This document shows, piece after piece, positions 1-12,894 of a DNA stretch of 64,000 nucleotides. A program made the translations under genes and the position numbers. Each line of letters starts with the position of its first letter. Within the stretch, counting starts at the first letter, position 1. Where the stretch lies: contig NC_068992.1 in NCBI RefSeq assembly GCF_001194135.2, positions 1,618,561 through 1,682,560 on the forward strand, read 5' to 3'. The notes under the pieces are model-generated. The model made no database searches and had not been told where the DNA came from. It saw nothing but the letters and a program-made list of their open reading frames with translations. The DNA is from Octopus bimaculoides (taxonomy: Eukaryota).

Positions 1-19
1 GCAAGTTCGAGAAAAAGGG

Positions 20-188
20 TAAGTTGATCCCGCCTACACCAGTACACAGCTAGTACTTATTTTAACAGCTCCAAAAGGATGAAAGGCAAAGTAGACCTCG
101 GCAGAATTTGAACTCAGAATGTAAAGACTGACGAAATGGCGCTAAGCATTTTGCCTGGCACGCTACCGATTCTGGCAGCTTGCCGCCT
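20..188 (-). mobile_element. tRNA-derived SINE, family A (head aggcggcgagctggcagaa...)
   Basis: Minus strand reads aggcggcaagctgccagaatcggtagcgtgccaggcaaaatgcttagc...ctgagttcaaattctgccgaggtctactttgcctttcatccttttgg...aaataagtactag. It has A/B-box-like motifs and about 10 related copies in the window. Confidence 0.85.
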
Positions 189-214
189 CATACCAAAAGA
201 AATAATTGTTTCTA

Positions 215-411
215 TTACAGGCACAAAATTATGGAGGAGGGAGTTAGTCGATTACATCGACTTCAGCGCATAACTGGTACTTACTGAAACGACCTCGATT
301 GGATGAGGCAAAAATCCACCTCAGCAGAATTTGAAACCAGGACCTAAAGACAGACGAAATGCCGCTAAGTGTTTTGCGCAGCGTTCCGAAGATTCTGCTA
401 GTTTTTCGCCT
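215..411 (-). mobile_element. tRNA-derived SINE, family A, diverged copy
   Basis: Aligns by eye to 20-188 (gcagaatttgaa, gacgaaatgccgctaag, gattctgc) and adds the 3' part gtcgattacatcgac. Confidence 0.8.
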
Positions 412-482
412 TATCCCGGAGGAAATAATGCAAGTTGTTTGGCTGACGCTCAAGCAACTTTTGAAACCCGTCACTTTTACGC

Positions 483-516
483 GTTCTATAGTTCTATAGT
501 TCTATAGTTCTATAGT
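483..516. repeat. 8-bp tandem repeat (GTTCTATA)x4
   Basis: gttctatagttctatagttctatagttctatagtt is seen directly. Confidence 0.9.
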
Positions 517-774
517 TACAACCAATCTCATTATCTGTTGGCAACTGTTTTATTTTCAACGTGGATTCTTATGAAATTTTTTTCCGTGTGTCACGCAAAT
601 GAAATCATTCTATATATATATTGTTTTCTCTTTTGTGAATCTGTTTTTTATATTCGAATTACCAACGTGTGACATCATTTCCAGGACATAATGAAAATAA
701 GCTATAATCACACAAGGTCATTCATTTTATTAATTAATTTTTTTCGAAAAAATCGAGCAAAACGAACAAAGACC

Positions 775-945
775 GCAAATCGTTAGTACGCCGAGAAAAA
801 TGTTTAGCAGCTATTCGTTCAGAGTTGAAATTCCGCCCGTCATTTCGGGGTCTTTAAAATAAATACCAGCTGAGCCCTGGATTCGACGTAATGGACACAA
901 TCCTTTTACCGAAATTACTGGCCTTGTGCCAAAATCTGAGACCAA
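775..945 (+). mobile_element. tRNA-derived SINE, family A, degenerate with internal deletion
   Basis: aatcgttagtacgccgagaaaaatgtttagc...gagttgaaattccgcc...catttcggggtc...aaataaataccag...ggccttgtgccaaaat. Confidence 0.7.
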
Positions 946-1789
946 AGTTTGCCTTAGAAATACACACAGTGAATAATGTTCATATTATTCTAAAAATAAC
1001 ATTAGTTCTTCGTACCTTTTAATTATAGGTATTTCCCCACCGTTATCAAATGTAATTTGAAATGTTGAGTTCATCTAATAGCCTACTATTTTCCCCAAAA
1101 TATTGCGGATGTTTATTTCTTTTTTTTATTTTTATAAGCTCAAAATAAATCTTATGAAAATTTGGAAATTGAAAATTTCATGCAGCTAGAGTAATATTGA
1201 ATGAAGTCAAAATTAATTTAATCTCCCCATAATTCTTTGTAAATTTATTCTTTAAATTTCTTAACGAAAATAAATTTTGACAAAACAATTATTTTTACAT
1301 GTTATTCAAAATAAAATAGCAGCGGAAGTAAAACCATAATTTGTACAAAAGAATACTAGCCTTCATCTTTAATCTTCGCAGGTGTGAAATAAGTTACGTC
1401 CATCGCATTATCCAAAGACATAGTTTATTTGAAATCAGGAGCCACAATGTCTCGTGTTATGACTAAATGCCGAAAGTCTGCAATTTGTTGTTAATTAACG
1501 ATCCGGAAGAAAAAGCATTCAATATAAAAATCGAGGGTGATTGTATATTTAGTCTGATCCAACCGCCTGTTACTACAAACACGTGGTTATTCCGCGTTGA
1601 AAGGCCTGAACAAGTATTCTTAGATCGGACTATATAAATGGGTTAGATAATTACCTTAACCTAGCGGCGCCGGTAACGTATTATCAGCCATTGAAAATAA
1701 CCATGGAATGTGTACTTAACAGCATTAGGGCTCGAGCTCCCAATTACACTGTCAAGGATGAGCTTGGTCGTTATGACTCTGCCTCTTTA

Positions 1790-2285
1790 GAACTACAGGG
1801 CAGGCCAGTGGATGAGGGATCAGCTGCTTCTGAGACAAATATAAGGAACACATTTTTGTCCTACAGAAGAAACATAAAAATCGGCACTCCATTTGAGTGA
1901 ATTTCTTGATCAGTGTCTAAGTCTCAGACCCGTACCACAGCAGGAGGATGGGAGTTACACGACAACCCTGAGGATGGCTTTGAACATTAATCAGTACACA
2001 CTGAAGATGAAGAACTCAGAGTTGTACGGGAGCTTCCCAATAGTTAGCTCGAAAATAACACAGACGAGATTGAGATTACCTGGTACTACTCACCGTCATT
2101 CAGTGTTGATATTGAACTCAGTGCTCTCCTGGGGGGCCTCTACACGCTCAAATTAGAAGAGGGAGACCTAAGAGGACATATGTTGATGCCCTTAGTAGAG
2201 ACATTGGTCACTGGGAACACAGGACATGGCAGCGATGTTGAAGGACAAAGACCGCTGGAGAGAACTCTTCCATGAATCTCGAGTA
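1790..2285 (+). mobile_element. RTE-clade LINE, 3' end of RT ORF, frameshifted
   Basis: Translation gives DGSYTTTLRMALN...NSELYGSFPIVSSKITQTRLRLPG, then RRGRPKRTYVDALSRDIG and KDKDRWRE. These match the recalled RTE C-terminal motifs DGCYTRMLR, TNxELYG, RRGRPxxTYxD and DRxxWR. A TA/CA microsatellite tail follows. Confidence 0.8.
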
Positions 2286-2572
2286 TTTTATTCGCCGTAT
2301 ACATACATACATACACATACACACACATAAATATTATCATTAATAATAATAATGATCCAAGGATAAAATTTATAAATATCTAAATGCATCGCTACACGTG
2401 TTTCCTTATATCGCATGCTTTTGTGAGCATACATGGGATGATTACAATTCAATCTGCAATATCCTTTGACACAAGATGCGTTTTTATTCAGGTGTTCATT
2501 TCTGCACAGATATACATACATACACAAATAAACACTATATACCATATATTAATATATGTAGATAGGGTAATA

Positions 2573-3083
2573 NNNNNNNNNNNNNNNNNNNNNNNNNNNN
2601 NNNNNNNNNNNNNNNNNNNNNNNNNNNNNNNNNNNNNNNNNNNNNNNNNNNNNNNNNNNNNNNNNNNNNNNNNNNNNNNNNNNNNNNNNNNNNNNNNNNN
2701 NNNNNNNNNNNNNNNNNNNNNNNNNNNNNNNNNNNNNNNNNNNNNNNNNNNNNNNNNNNNNNNNNNNNNNNNNNNNNNNNNNNNNNNNNNNNNNNNNNNN
2801 NNNNNNNNNNNNNNNNNNNNNNNNNNNNNNNNNNNNNNNNNNNNNNNNNNNNNNNNNNNNNNNNNNNNNNNNNNNNNNNNNNNNNNNNNNNNNNNNNNNN
2901 NNNNNNNNNNNNNNNNNNNNNNNNNNNNNNNNNNNNNNNNNNNNNNNNNNNNNNNNNNNNNNNNNNNNNNNNNNNNNNNNNNNNNNNNNNNNNNNNNNNN
3001 NNNNNNNNNNNNNNNNNNNNNNNNNNNNNNNNNNNNNNNNNNNNNNNNNNNNNNNNNNNNNNNNNNNNNNNNNNNNNNNNNNN
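2573..3083. other. Assembly gap (N). Other gaps: 6193-6385, 8405-8699, 15999-16614, 23160-23366, 27145-27388, 32783-33464, 34202-34693, 53078-53087
   Basis: N runs, nearly all flanked by (TA)n or (GA)n, typical of short-read contig breaks at long microsatellites. Confidence 0.98.
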
Positions 3084-3213
3084 TATATATATATATATAT
3101 ATATATGCTTATGTACAGGTGTACACAAATATATGCAAATATAAATTCATGCATATGTTTGTCTGCATACATCCGTGTAAGTGTATTTGCGTGTGTATTT
3201 TTCCTTTTAATAA

Positions 3214-4557
3214 ATGAACATCACCATTCCCCAAACCGACCTCCAAATGGCCAGATTTGTAATTCAAGTTGATGACAGTGTCATGTTCGTGTGCATTGAT
3301 GTAGTTAAAACGGTGCAGTTTTCCTCATCTTTTACTGCAAGTTACCATAGCAACAACTATCTCATAAACCCCAGAAAAGCTAATCTTTGTTTTCACAAGG
3401 TGCTAGTCATTGCTGCTGTTTTGGCATTTATGTTATGTTACATTTGTTTGTGCTCATAGTGTTGCTGGTGATAATCCAGTTTATGCAATGTCCAACTGAT
3501 ATTTTGAAGCTTTTGTTCGTGTGTATGCCTTACTATCAAGCACCAACAAGCTCTCAACAATGGCGAAACCCATATTGTTGCTGCTGTATGTTAGACAATG
3601 CTGTACGTTGAGCTGTGCAGTCATTAATCTCCTTTTTCTGAAGTCGTTATCTAGGTCATGACATGCTGAAAATGTTTCACTTCTTTCAGCTTATGTTCTA
3701 CTTTGATAATTGTATCTGCTAAAGTGCTAAAGTGTGGACAGCTGTAATGTGAACAAATGTAATATCTACTCTTAGACACGATAGTTTCCCCTTTTAACTC
3801 AATACCGTAACAACGCAATTTCGTCTGCATGATCGCTTTGTGCAGTTAGTTCAAAGCGATGTCCATTCCTTTTATTGTACGTCCAGTCTTTTTAATGAGT
3901 GCGAACCCGATGGATTGGTCACGTGTAGACATTTCAATACCATATTCTACTACTATTGCAGAAATGTAGACACTTACTACTCTATCTTTCTCGAGTACTA
4001 TTTTAATGATTTGAAAAGAATTTCCTTCCTCATCATTAAAGGTATCTTCATCTATTGCGGCTTTGTGGAGAATATCGATAGAATTCTCAATATAAACTAC
4101 GGTTCCATATGATATGATTTCTGATTTCCATTATTTTGTTGCAATGAATTGAATCCAGCAGAAGGCATTTTTGAAGCCCTCAACTGCAATTCTTGCTTCC
4201 AGTTTCTGATATCGTATTTCTCCTGGCAATTTTAGCAAACGAAATATTGGCACTGTAATGGCCGAAAATTAGTTTAGATTATCCTAGGGATTGGTTCTAA
4301 GGGAATTCCAATTTCTTATAGAGGCATCCTTCGAACTTCCATAAACGTACATCATAAACTTAGATTTTTGTAGCTTTCCGATTGTTTTCACTCACGCATT
4401 TTAGAAATTGGAAAAATGCATCAGAAGAAAGTAGCAACAATAAGGTTGAGCTTCCACTCAAACAGAATATTCCAAAATATAAATGATCGCCTTTGATGGC
4501 AGCAAACACCACAAGTAGGAACCACAAAGAATTACAAATAAATTCTACGCATTTCAA
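3214..4557 (-). mobile_element. Degenerate hAT-type (ZMYM1/THAP12-like) transposase
   Basis: Motifs appear in the expected order on the minus strand with few stops: TTF-finger-like GDHLYFGIFC...SDAFF; SVYISAIVVEYGIEMSTRDQ (cf. FSIMVDESTDxSxxEQ); RYYICSHYSCPHFSTLADTI (cf. VHCxAHxLNLAxxD); AKTAAMTSTL.KQRLAFL. The match is by eye and weak per motif. Confidence 0.45.
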
Positions 4558-5020
4558 TCCGAGATCTGTGTTTCCATTTGTATCATTATATTTAAACCTG
4601 ATACAGAAATTTCAGAAATACATGTACACCTAGAAAAGTGAGTGAGCAGCGAATACACCATGAGCAAGGAAGAACAAGAAATGAAGTACAAAGGTGAAGA
4701 CAACTCGGCACTTCCTGCCAAGAGTAAATCATCTACAACCTACAGTTTCAATTACCAGAGGCCACTATGATACTGGGAATCTTAAGTGATGTGCACCTTA
4801 TAAAACAAAATATTTAGAAAGAAATTATAGAAATTACAATGAGGAGAGACCCTACAAAGAGAGAAATATTGAAACAAATAGTCCAATAAACAAATTACAT
4901 AACAGAAATAAAATTCCTGATTCTATTTTGGCCAACCATCTGAAATTACTATAACATCATTCCTACATGTAGCGTATAGAGTTCCATCAGAACATATGGA
5001 TGAGCATGATTGTATATGCT

Positions 5021-5225
5021 GAGGCGCGCGGCTTAGTTTTTAAGGAAACGTACTCATGATCATATGTTTACGGTTTCGAATCGTAGGTGATGTTGAGTCA
5101 GCTAGAAAAATTAATGATTCTGCGATGGACCGGAATCACGTCCAGCATTTTGTTGGGGGAGGGGGAATATATAAGCCACAGATTCCGGGAAATCGGTCTT
5201 AGGACCCATGGGCTCGGAAGGGAAT
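5021..5225 (+). mobile_element. tRNA-derived SINE, family B-type head (gaggcgcgcggcttag...), degenerate
   Basis: Head is similar to 55901 (aggcgtgtggcttactggttaggg). The 3' part reads cgatggaccggaatcacgtccag...gggctcggaagggaa. Confidence 0.55.
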
Positions 5226-6385
5226 TTGTGTGTGTGTGTGGATGTTTGCATATATTTGTGTGTTTGTGTGTGTCTGTGTGTGTGTGTCTCTTTTTGCGTG
5301 TGTGTTTGAATATATGTAAAAATATCATATAGGCAACGGACGCCAGACAACTTCGCGTTGTTACAATTTGTTTATACACAATCATAGATATATGCGAATC
5401 TAGTGTAGACATTCTGTGCAACCCGATCAATGATTCTCTGTAGTGGCTATATGATCTACATGTATATACATATATTGACATATACATCTAGATATGTGTG
5501 TGTGTCTGTGTATCTGCGTGTATTTGTACGAATGGGGATCTGTATGTAGATATATACGTATGCGTTTATTAGCATAAGGTTGAAAGGAAGCACATAGTCT
5601 TAGGCACACAGACAAAATATATATATCGTATACATCATTATTTATCTGATTGTAGTCTGTTTAAGCAATATTGCCGGATGTCCATAACTATAAAATAAGT
5701 GAGCTAACGCCTATAGAAAATAAATATATAAGTATATCTAACATTTTAACATTAGAAGCTCTGAAAGAAATTACTGTTGCAATTGTCAATGATATCAGCG
5801 CTTGGACTACTTAAAGTTGTTATATGATCGGAAGCAGTAGACTGGAGACGCCTTGATAGAAATTATTTCTTGATAATCTCTTTTGAAAAGATGGAGAAAT
5901 ATGTTATTTAGTAGATAATATAGAAACGTGTGTGCTACATTTATGCTGTTGGGTAGGCCTCAGTTGTCACAGAAAAATACGATAAGTATGGTTACTTACT
6001 AGAAAAAATAGTCATGTAAATATTGCAAAGAAACACTATAATTTACTCAATGGTTTCAATCGAATTTCATACATACATAACCAAATACCGAGGCGCTATT
6101 GCACCATAGGAGACTTTGTATGTGTATGTCTGCGTGTACGTATGCATATCTATATATGAATACATGTATATACGCATATATATATATATATANNNNNNNN
6201 NNNNNNNNNNNNNNNNNNNNNNNNNNNNNNNNNNNNNNNNNNNNNNNNNNNNNNNNNNNNNNNNNNNNNNNNNNNNNNNNNNNNNNNNNNNNNNNNNNNN
6301 NNNNNNNNNNNNNNNNNNNNNNNNNNNNNNNNNNNNNNNNNNNNNNNNNNNNNNNNNNNNNNNNNNNNNNNNNNNNNNNNNNNNN

Positions 6386-6452
<67 letters not shown>

Positions 6453-8364
6453 CGAGAGCGAGAACAGAAAGACGGAGTTATTAAATGCTTATGTGGTTTA
6501 GTGATTTCCTGTGTTTGCACGTTGGATAGTGTGCGTGCATGGTAATTGAAGGAATTCAGAAATTAGATTTACTGAAATGTCTGAGAAAGGAAGTCAATTG
6601 AGCCTGTCTTTTATGGAAAATACGTTCAATCAATGTTAATTTTAAAGTTAGTCTGTTCCGTATCAATTGGCATTGGTCAATCTAGTTTATAACAAGTGAT
6701 AACCATAAAACCAGGGTCTAGACAGATAAATGAGTCATAATTAATTTCTTCCTTTTCCTATTTGTGTTCTGCAACTGTCTTGTTTGCTTTAAAGATTCAA
6801 ATGTGGTGTGGATGGCAGTTCTATGGAATCAGCTATTATTGTAGACATCAAATAAACTGATGTTAAAAAAAAATTTACTAATATCCGGTGAAGTTTCTCG
6901 CAGCACTTTCTTTTTTGTATCTTCTTATCTATTATTTTTGCAACGCTAATTAATTAGAGATGTCTTTCGTAACTTTCGCCGGGGAATTCTTTCGCCAAAT
7001 AATGTTTTAAATAAAGGCGTTTATTATTCCAATTTGTTTCAGTTAGCCAACTTTCTAAAGGTTGGTTTCTTTATATCAAGATCTCTACGGAAATTAATTT
7101 AACAGAAATATGATCATGCAATTAGGAGTGTGCCCGATATCTGTAAATTGAAATTGACGACACCTACATTTCGAGTCTTATTAGTGTGTCATAATTTGTA
7201 AGGAATTGCTACACTCTAAGAAATATTGCAAAACCAGGACTTGGAGTATTTATAGTAAAAATTCATGGCATAACAAAACACGTTAAGAAGAAAGCAAAAT
7301 TCTAATAAAATGAGGGCAAACATCCGTAAACAAATGGCCTAAAAATTATTCTATTTGTTTATATACTCGTAAACAGTCATTCACTCAGAATATTTACATA
7401 AATCAACCTTTCGATATCTGTGAGATTATTTGAGAGTATTAATCTCATTTTCGGAAACAGACCTTCGGTTCTGTTCATTTATATATTCTATTGTTCAAGG
7501 TTATACACTTCAATTTATTTATCCCATGTATAGGCCCATATCAGAATGACAGTGTTGTAATGGTGGTGTGATGAAAAAATCATCTAGTTGAAATACCTAA
7601 TACTTGCGCTGCCTTGTAACTTAAAATCTAAATTAAATGCAGTGGTGATCTATTGGCATAAAATGAAGCTGGAGAAGGACATCAGTTCTCGCCTTTGGTC
7701 AGAGCCACTTTTTTCGAGGCGACAAAAATTTCAGTGAAATCATTTAATAAATTCCATTTATGGAAAGTAAGTGGCATCCATAAATCTAATACGTGTTGGA
7801 AATTATTCGGGATGTAGTTAAATTTATATTGGAGGAACAGTAGATACTCATCATTGAATACTGTTCAGATAGAGTAGAGTAGATGCAGACACTTCAGATA
7901 AATAACATTCATAGTTTGCAAAATACTAAGTACGCTCAAATGTACACATTGAACATTGATTACAAGAACGGTACTTAATATTAATTACATTTTATTAAAA
8001 AAGATAAACGGATTAGATTTACAATTATTACCATTATTACTAACAAAAAAGTTTACGCTCCCCACATTACGTCTCCTGTCACCGGCAATAACAGAAATCA
8101 TTATCTCTCTTGTTTTCATCGACTTCTATAATGGGATTATAGCATTTCCAAAATCCGTCAGATATAAAAATTATAACAAAATCATAGATTGCATAATCTT
8201 GAGTATATTTTGAAGAAAGTGAAACCGTACAATTACATAAATATTGCATTCTATCTATAAAGTCTTATAAAGTATCTTCATATAATCATTTGCTTTATTT
8301 GTTGCATTAAATATAACAGCAAATAATTGGTTGACAGTTTCAATATATATATATGTCTGAGTGA

Positions 8365-8404
<40 letters not shown>

Positions 8405-8699
8405 NNNNNNNNNNNNNNNNNNNNNNNNNNNNNNNNNNNNNNNNNNNNNNNNNNNNNNNNNNNNNNNNNNNNNNNNNNNNNNNNNNNNNNNNNNNNNNNN
8501 NNNNNNNNNNNNNNNNNNNNNNNNNNNNNNNNNNNNNNNNNNNNNNNNNNNNNNNNNNNNNNNNNNNNNNNNNNNNNNNNNNNNNNNNNNNNNNNNNNNN
8601 NNNNNNNNNNNNNNNNNNNNNNNNNNNNNNNNNNNNNNNNNNNNNNNNNNNNNNNNNNNNNNNNNNNNNNNNNNNNNNNNNNNNNNNNNNNNNNNNNNN

Positions 8700-8820
8700 A
8701 TATAAAGACAAAGACATATATATATATATATATATATATAAAGACAAAGACATATATATATATATATATACATTTATATAAAGACAAAGACATATATATA
8801 TATATATATATATATATACA
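8700..8820. repeat. Composite minisatellite [aaagacaaagac(at)n]x3
   Basis: Three aaagacaaagac units separated by (AT)n, next to a gap. Confidence 0.85.
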
Positions 8821-9055
8821 TTTGAAAAAATTAGTAGAGATGGGTCCTGGGGGGATAATTTTTATTTTGATAATGTTTGCAGTTACTCTTATGAGTTTCG
8901 AGCTTTTCGAAAGCCGTTTTCAAATTGAAATTCTGTGGTTTAGAAGGTTGTTTATATAGCAAAAAAAATTTTTATTACAAGTATACAAATGAAAAATAAA
9001 AATAGAAGAAAAGAGATAGAAAATAATAAAAAGTAAAGAGCATGTGTGAAAAAGA

Positions 9056-9101
9056 AGACGAGGACAAATATCCGTCAAATGTAAATAATGTAAATAATTC
9101 C
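9056..9101 (+). mobile_element. 3' tail fragment of the hammerhead-bearing SINE
   Basis: agacgaggacaaatatccgtcaaatgtaaataatgtaaataattcc matches 12997-13039 and the reverse complement of 30856-30900. Confidence 0.8.
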
Positions 9102-9466
9102 GGTTTTCTTATTCAAACCTAAGTCGAAAGAAATTCAGTAATATTCAAAAGAAGAATTTTACTATAGTTATAGTGTATGATGAACTCTGTAAGAAAGAGG
9201 TATCAAACTTGGCATGATGATTGTCAGTAGAGTAGGCTGGGAAATAACTTGAGGAGTGTATTGAAAGTGAAAAAGAGATGTAATGAGGTAGTATGTGCGT
9301 GAGTCATTGATAATAACAAAGGAGAGCAAACTGAAGTAAATTATCGTGTTCTAGTTCATTAAATAACATATATTGCATATAGGCCTATGATTCACATTGC
9401 TATACTGCCATTATTTTGGTTTCTTTATTGGTTTCCGTATTTTTGGTATCGATATATAACGCTCGT

Positions 9467-9680
9467 AAGGCGACGAGCTGGCAGAATCGTTAGCGCATCG
9501 GGCAAAATAGTAAATAGCATTTCGTCTATCTTCACGATCTGAGTTCAAATTCCACAGAGTTCAATTTGTAATTTATCGCTTCGTGGTCGACAAAATAAGT
9601 ACCACTTAAACACCAGCGTCGATGTCACGATTTAAGGATTCCCTAAAAATAGTGGCCCTGTGCGAAAATTTGAAACCAAT
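9467..9680 (+). mobile_element. tRNA-derived SINE, family A, near full length
   Basis: aaggcgacgagctggcagaatcgttagcgc...ctgagttcaaattcc...gtcgacaaaataagtacc...ggccctgtgcgaaaatttgaaacc. Confidence 0.85.
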
Positions 9681-9759
9681 ATATAAGTTTCGTATGTAGG
9701 ACAATAAAATAACAATCCCACTCTGCTTAATGAAAGAGATTCTGTCAAGAACTGAATAA

Positions 9760-10000
9760 CATGCCACAGCCACTTACACAGTCAAACCTGTTTTGTTTGG
9801 TAGTGTGTGACATGATGTTACTCACTGTTTTCTTTGTAACCACGATCATACAGTCTGACGTTGACCAAACGGAACATCCAGGATATGACAATCGAAAAGA
9901 GAAACGGCTGTACCAATAGCAACCTGCTAGTGCTCCTTTACTGGTCAGTAGACTGGAAGAATGTGAAATGAAGCATCTTCAACAATAACCCACGCCTCCA
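9760..10000 (-). mobile_element. tRNA-derived SINE, family B-type, degenerate
   Basis: Ends in cacgcctcca (reverse complement of the head tggaggcgtg). gtgaaatgaagcatctt is the reverse complement of the core seen at 55990. Confidence 0.5.
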
Positions 10001-11025
10001 TTAGTAAAGATTGCCACTAGGCATTATCTTATCTTAATCTGTTTGCGTGAGAACGAAATGTTTTTAATTTAGATGACAGGGTTGAGTCAAAAACTGCGTA
10101 TTGTTTGATCAATGTTTTCTTACGATATTTTCATTGTAATTACGTATGAATTTAATCCTTTATACCAGTAATTACATTGTAAACATCTGAGTTTGTGTCA
10201 TATATAAGTCGAGCCTTTAGCGACGCTCTGACTGGGTCTCGATTAGAAATAGCAGTCAAATCGGTATCACATCACAATCTGTCCATATAAAAAAAAATGA
10301 GACTTTGGACAATTTAATCCTGTTTACCCATAAAAATACCGGAAAAGTTGAAAGATTGAATACCTTTGATCATAGATCTGCTTAATGAGAGTCCACTTGG
10401 GGCGAAAGAGCAATAACAAGAACGGCAACTGTGATATATTTAATGACTAAATGTTATGATTCGTGTATACACAACAATTTTGTTAAATTCTTTGGTTTTG
10501 ACCTGTTGAGAAGTATCTGTATTGCATGGTAATTTCTCTTCCCTTTTGTCGCTGGCATTAGCAAAAGACTTTTATTCGATAATTTTCTTTCATGAGTCCT
10601 GTTTATTTAGTTTATTGTACAGCTATATGATCAATGATGATCAAAGGCCTTAATCATCACATGTCCAGCGTCTGATGGGAATTCACTACTTCAATTGCTC
10701 TTTCGAGTTGAGAATTTAGGCTTCTCATCAGTACTCATACATCGTTTGGTTCCATAATGGATGCTCTTGATGTAGAATTTGTATGTTCAATTAGGTTTCT
10801 TTGGCGTATTCAGATCTGAGATTCAGCAAAATTATATTGCTAATGGGTTATGAAGGTAGGAGTTAAATATTACGATTGAGGATATGTATGCTTTGATGAA
10901 CAATGATTTAGTGGGGTCGACACAGTATTCCATTTCATGAAAATATAAAACGGACGTTAGAAATATCTATCATTGTTTCGAAAGCTTAAAATTCATTCTT
11001 TTACAAAATATGTGTGTGTGTGTGT

Positions 11026-11071
<46 letters not shown>

Positions 11072-12736
11072 ATGCATGCATATATATATGAATTATAGGT
11101 ATCTCTATGTATGTATGTATGTATGTAGGTAGGTAGGTAGGCAGGTAGGTTGGTAGGTAGGTAAGTAGGTATGTTTGAGAATGTGTGTAGACCCTTTTGA
11201 ATTCAAAACGGATATTTTGTGGGATACCTTTGAACTGATAAATACAACAGATGCACATATTACATGTTCATTGCTAGGGAAACGCTTCGTTTACTTAGGT
11301 ATTCAAGCTTTATCAGCTCGTGCTAACGTAACATTCAGGAAGTTCCTTCAACAGAGTATTTTTACTGGAAATACAAAACGAAATAATGATGCTTACCTGA
11401 TGTTTCATTCGGTTTGTTCAAACATAACTACGCGTGATATGTGCAGTCATGCAAGCGGGTGTGAATGTGCGTGTGAGCGGATGTAAACGCTTTACTTTTG
11501 AAATTTCATAGTTTCATTAATCGAACTTTACGTGTATTCTGTCTAATAGTATAAATTATACCATAATTGCTGAAGGCTAAATGTTCATGCTGTTACTACT
11601 ACAACGTTCTTGGAGGCGGAATGAAGATTCAACATCAAGGAAATGAGCAAATAAAAGCTGCACAACCTACTGCATTTCTCTTGTGACTTACGTGTACAAC
11701 TCCATCGTATGTGTGCGTATATAAATGTGTAGGTACATATATGTATATTCATCGATACACACACACGCATACACACATATATGTATGCACATATGTGCAT
11801 ATACGTATGTATATATGCGTGTAAGTGTGTGATTGCCCGTGTATGTACGTGCGTGGGATGTCTGCATGTAGCAGTAAAGCGGGAAAACAAAAGAGAAATA
11901 CATTGCGTTCTACGATTATTTTGTTTCAAATTTGGCATCAAATTGAACATTTATTGGATGTGTTCTGAATTAATTGATTGTGGAAGTTTCCGTTTTCATG
12001 TCAAAGGACTCAATGTTCAAGTTAACAAGTTCAAGATTCTGGTATATTTTTGCTGTTTAACCGTATAATAAAATTTTCTTTAAATTAAATTTCATTACAG
12101 ATAATAATTTGAGCAAAGTTTTCCTTAATAAGGTTGTAAATAGATACACTTTCATTCTATTTTTATCAACAATACGATTAGTCTATCCTTTCAAAACAGA
12201 TCCCAAATGTTAACCTTGTGCGTTTTTCAAAGTCCATGAATGTCGTTATGACGATTGAAAAGCTCCAGAGGTGTACATCGAAGAAATGACATGCAAACAT
12301 GTCGATTAAATTGGGAGGAATATAAATAGTTTTGATACTCACACATGCAGAATACATCCACATGCACATATCTATCTCTCCATGTATGTATATATATCTC
12401 TCTCACTATATAAATGTATGTGTATGTATAATCCATACTAGAAGTAACACTTTTGTCATTAACTTAATCTATAATTTCTGTACGCGTAACATAACAACAT
12501 TACCATTAACAACATAACGAAGCAAAAAGAAGACTCTAGACAGAACAGGCAAATGTATCCAAATATACATCGTGGAATGTAATTTCAAGAAATTATTCGT
12601 TTCAAAGCGGAAAGTTCTTTGAATACAGGTCTGTTGCATCGGAGAAAACTTGCATTAATACAAAAGTACAAGTAACTGATATTTTACCACCGAGCTCAAT
12701 AAAAAATACCTTAGTAATTGAAATGTATTTAATAAG

Positions 12737-12817
12737 TTCTATATTTAAGAGATGAGGAATTATGTTAAGAGCGAAGGGTACTAACCCAAAAATTCCGAGT
12801 TCGATTCCAGGCTGTGA

Positions 12818-12852
<35 letters not shown>

Positions 12853-12861
12853 TTAATAATA

Positions 12862-12894
<33 letters not shown>

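Noticed and set aside
4380-4430. Plus-strand FRLFSLTHFRNWKNASE resembling a TTF zinc finger
   Set aside because: The surrounding collinear hAT-like motifs are on the minus strand and nothing continues on plus, so it is treated as chance.
10690-10740. Minus-strand CTGATGA...CGAAA as a second hammerhead
   Set aside because: Stem II has only 2 pairs, a competing tgagaa/ttctca hairpin sequesters the core, and there is no stem III or NUH.
12765-12822. Functional tRNA gene
   Set aside because: The 5' acceptor strand and A box are missing and it runs into a repeat body. It and the other heads are SINE-derived.
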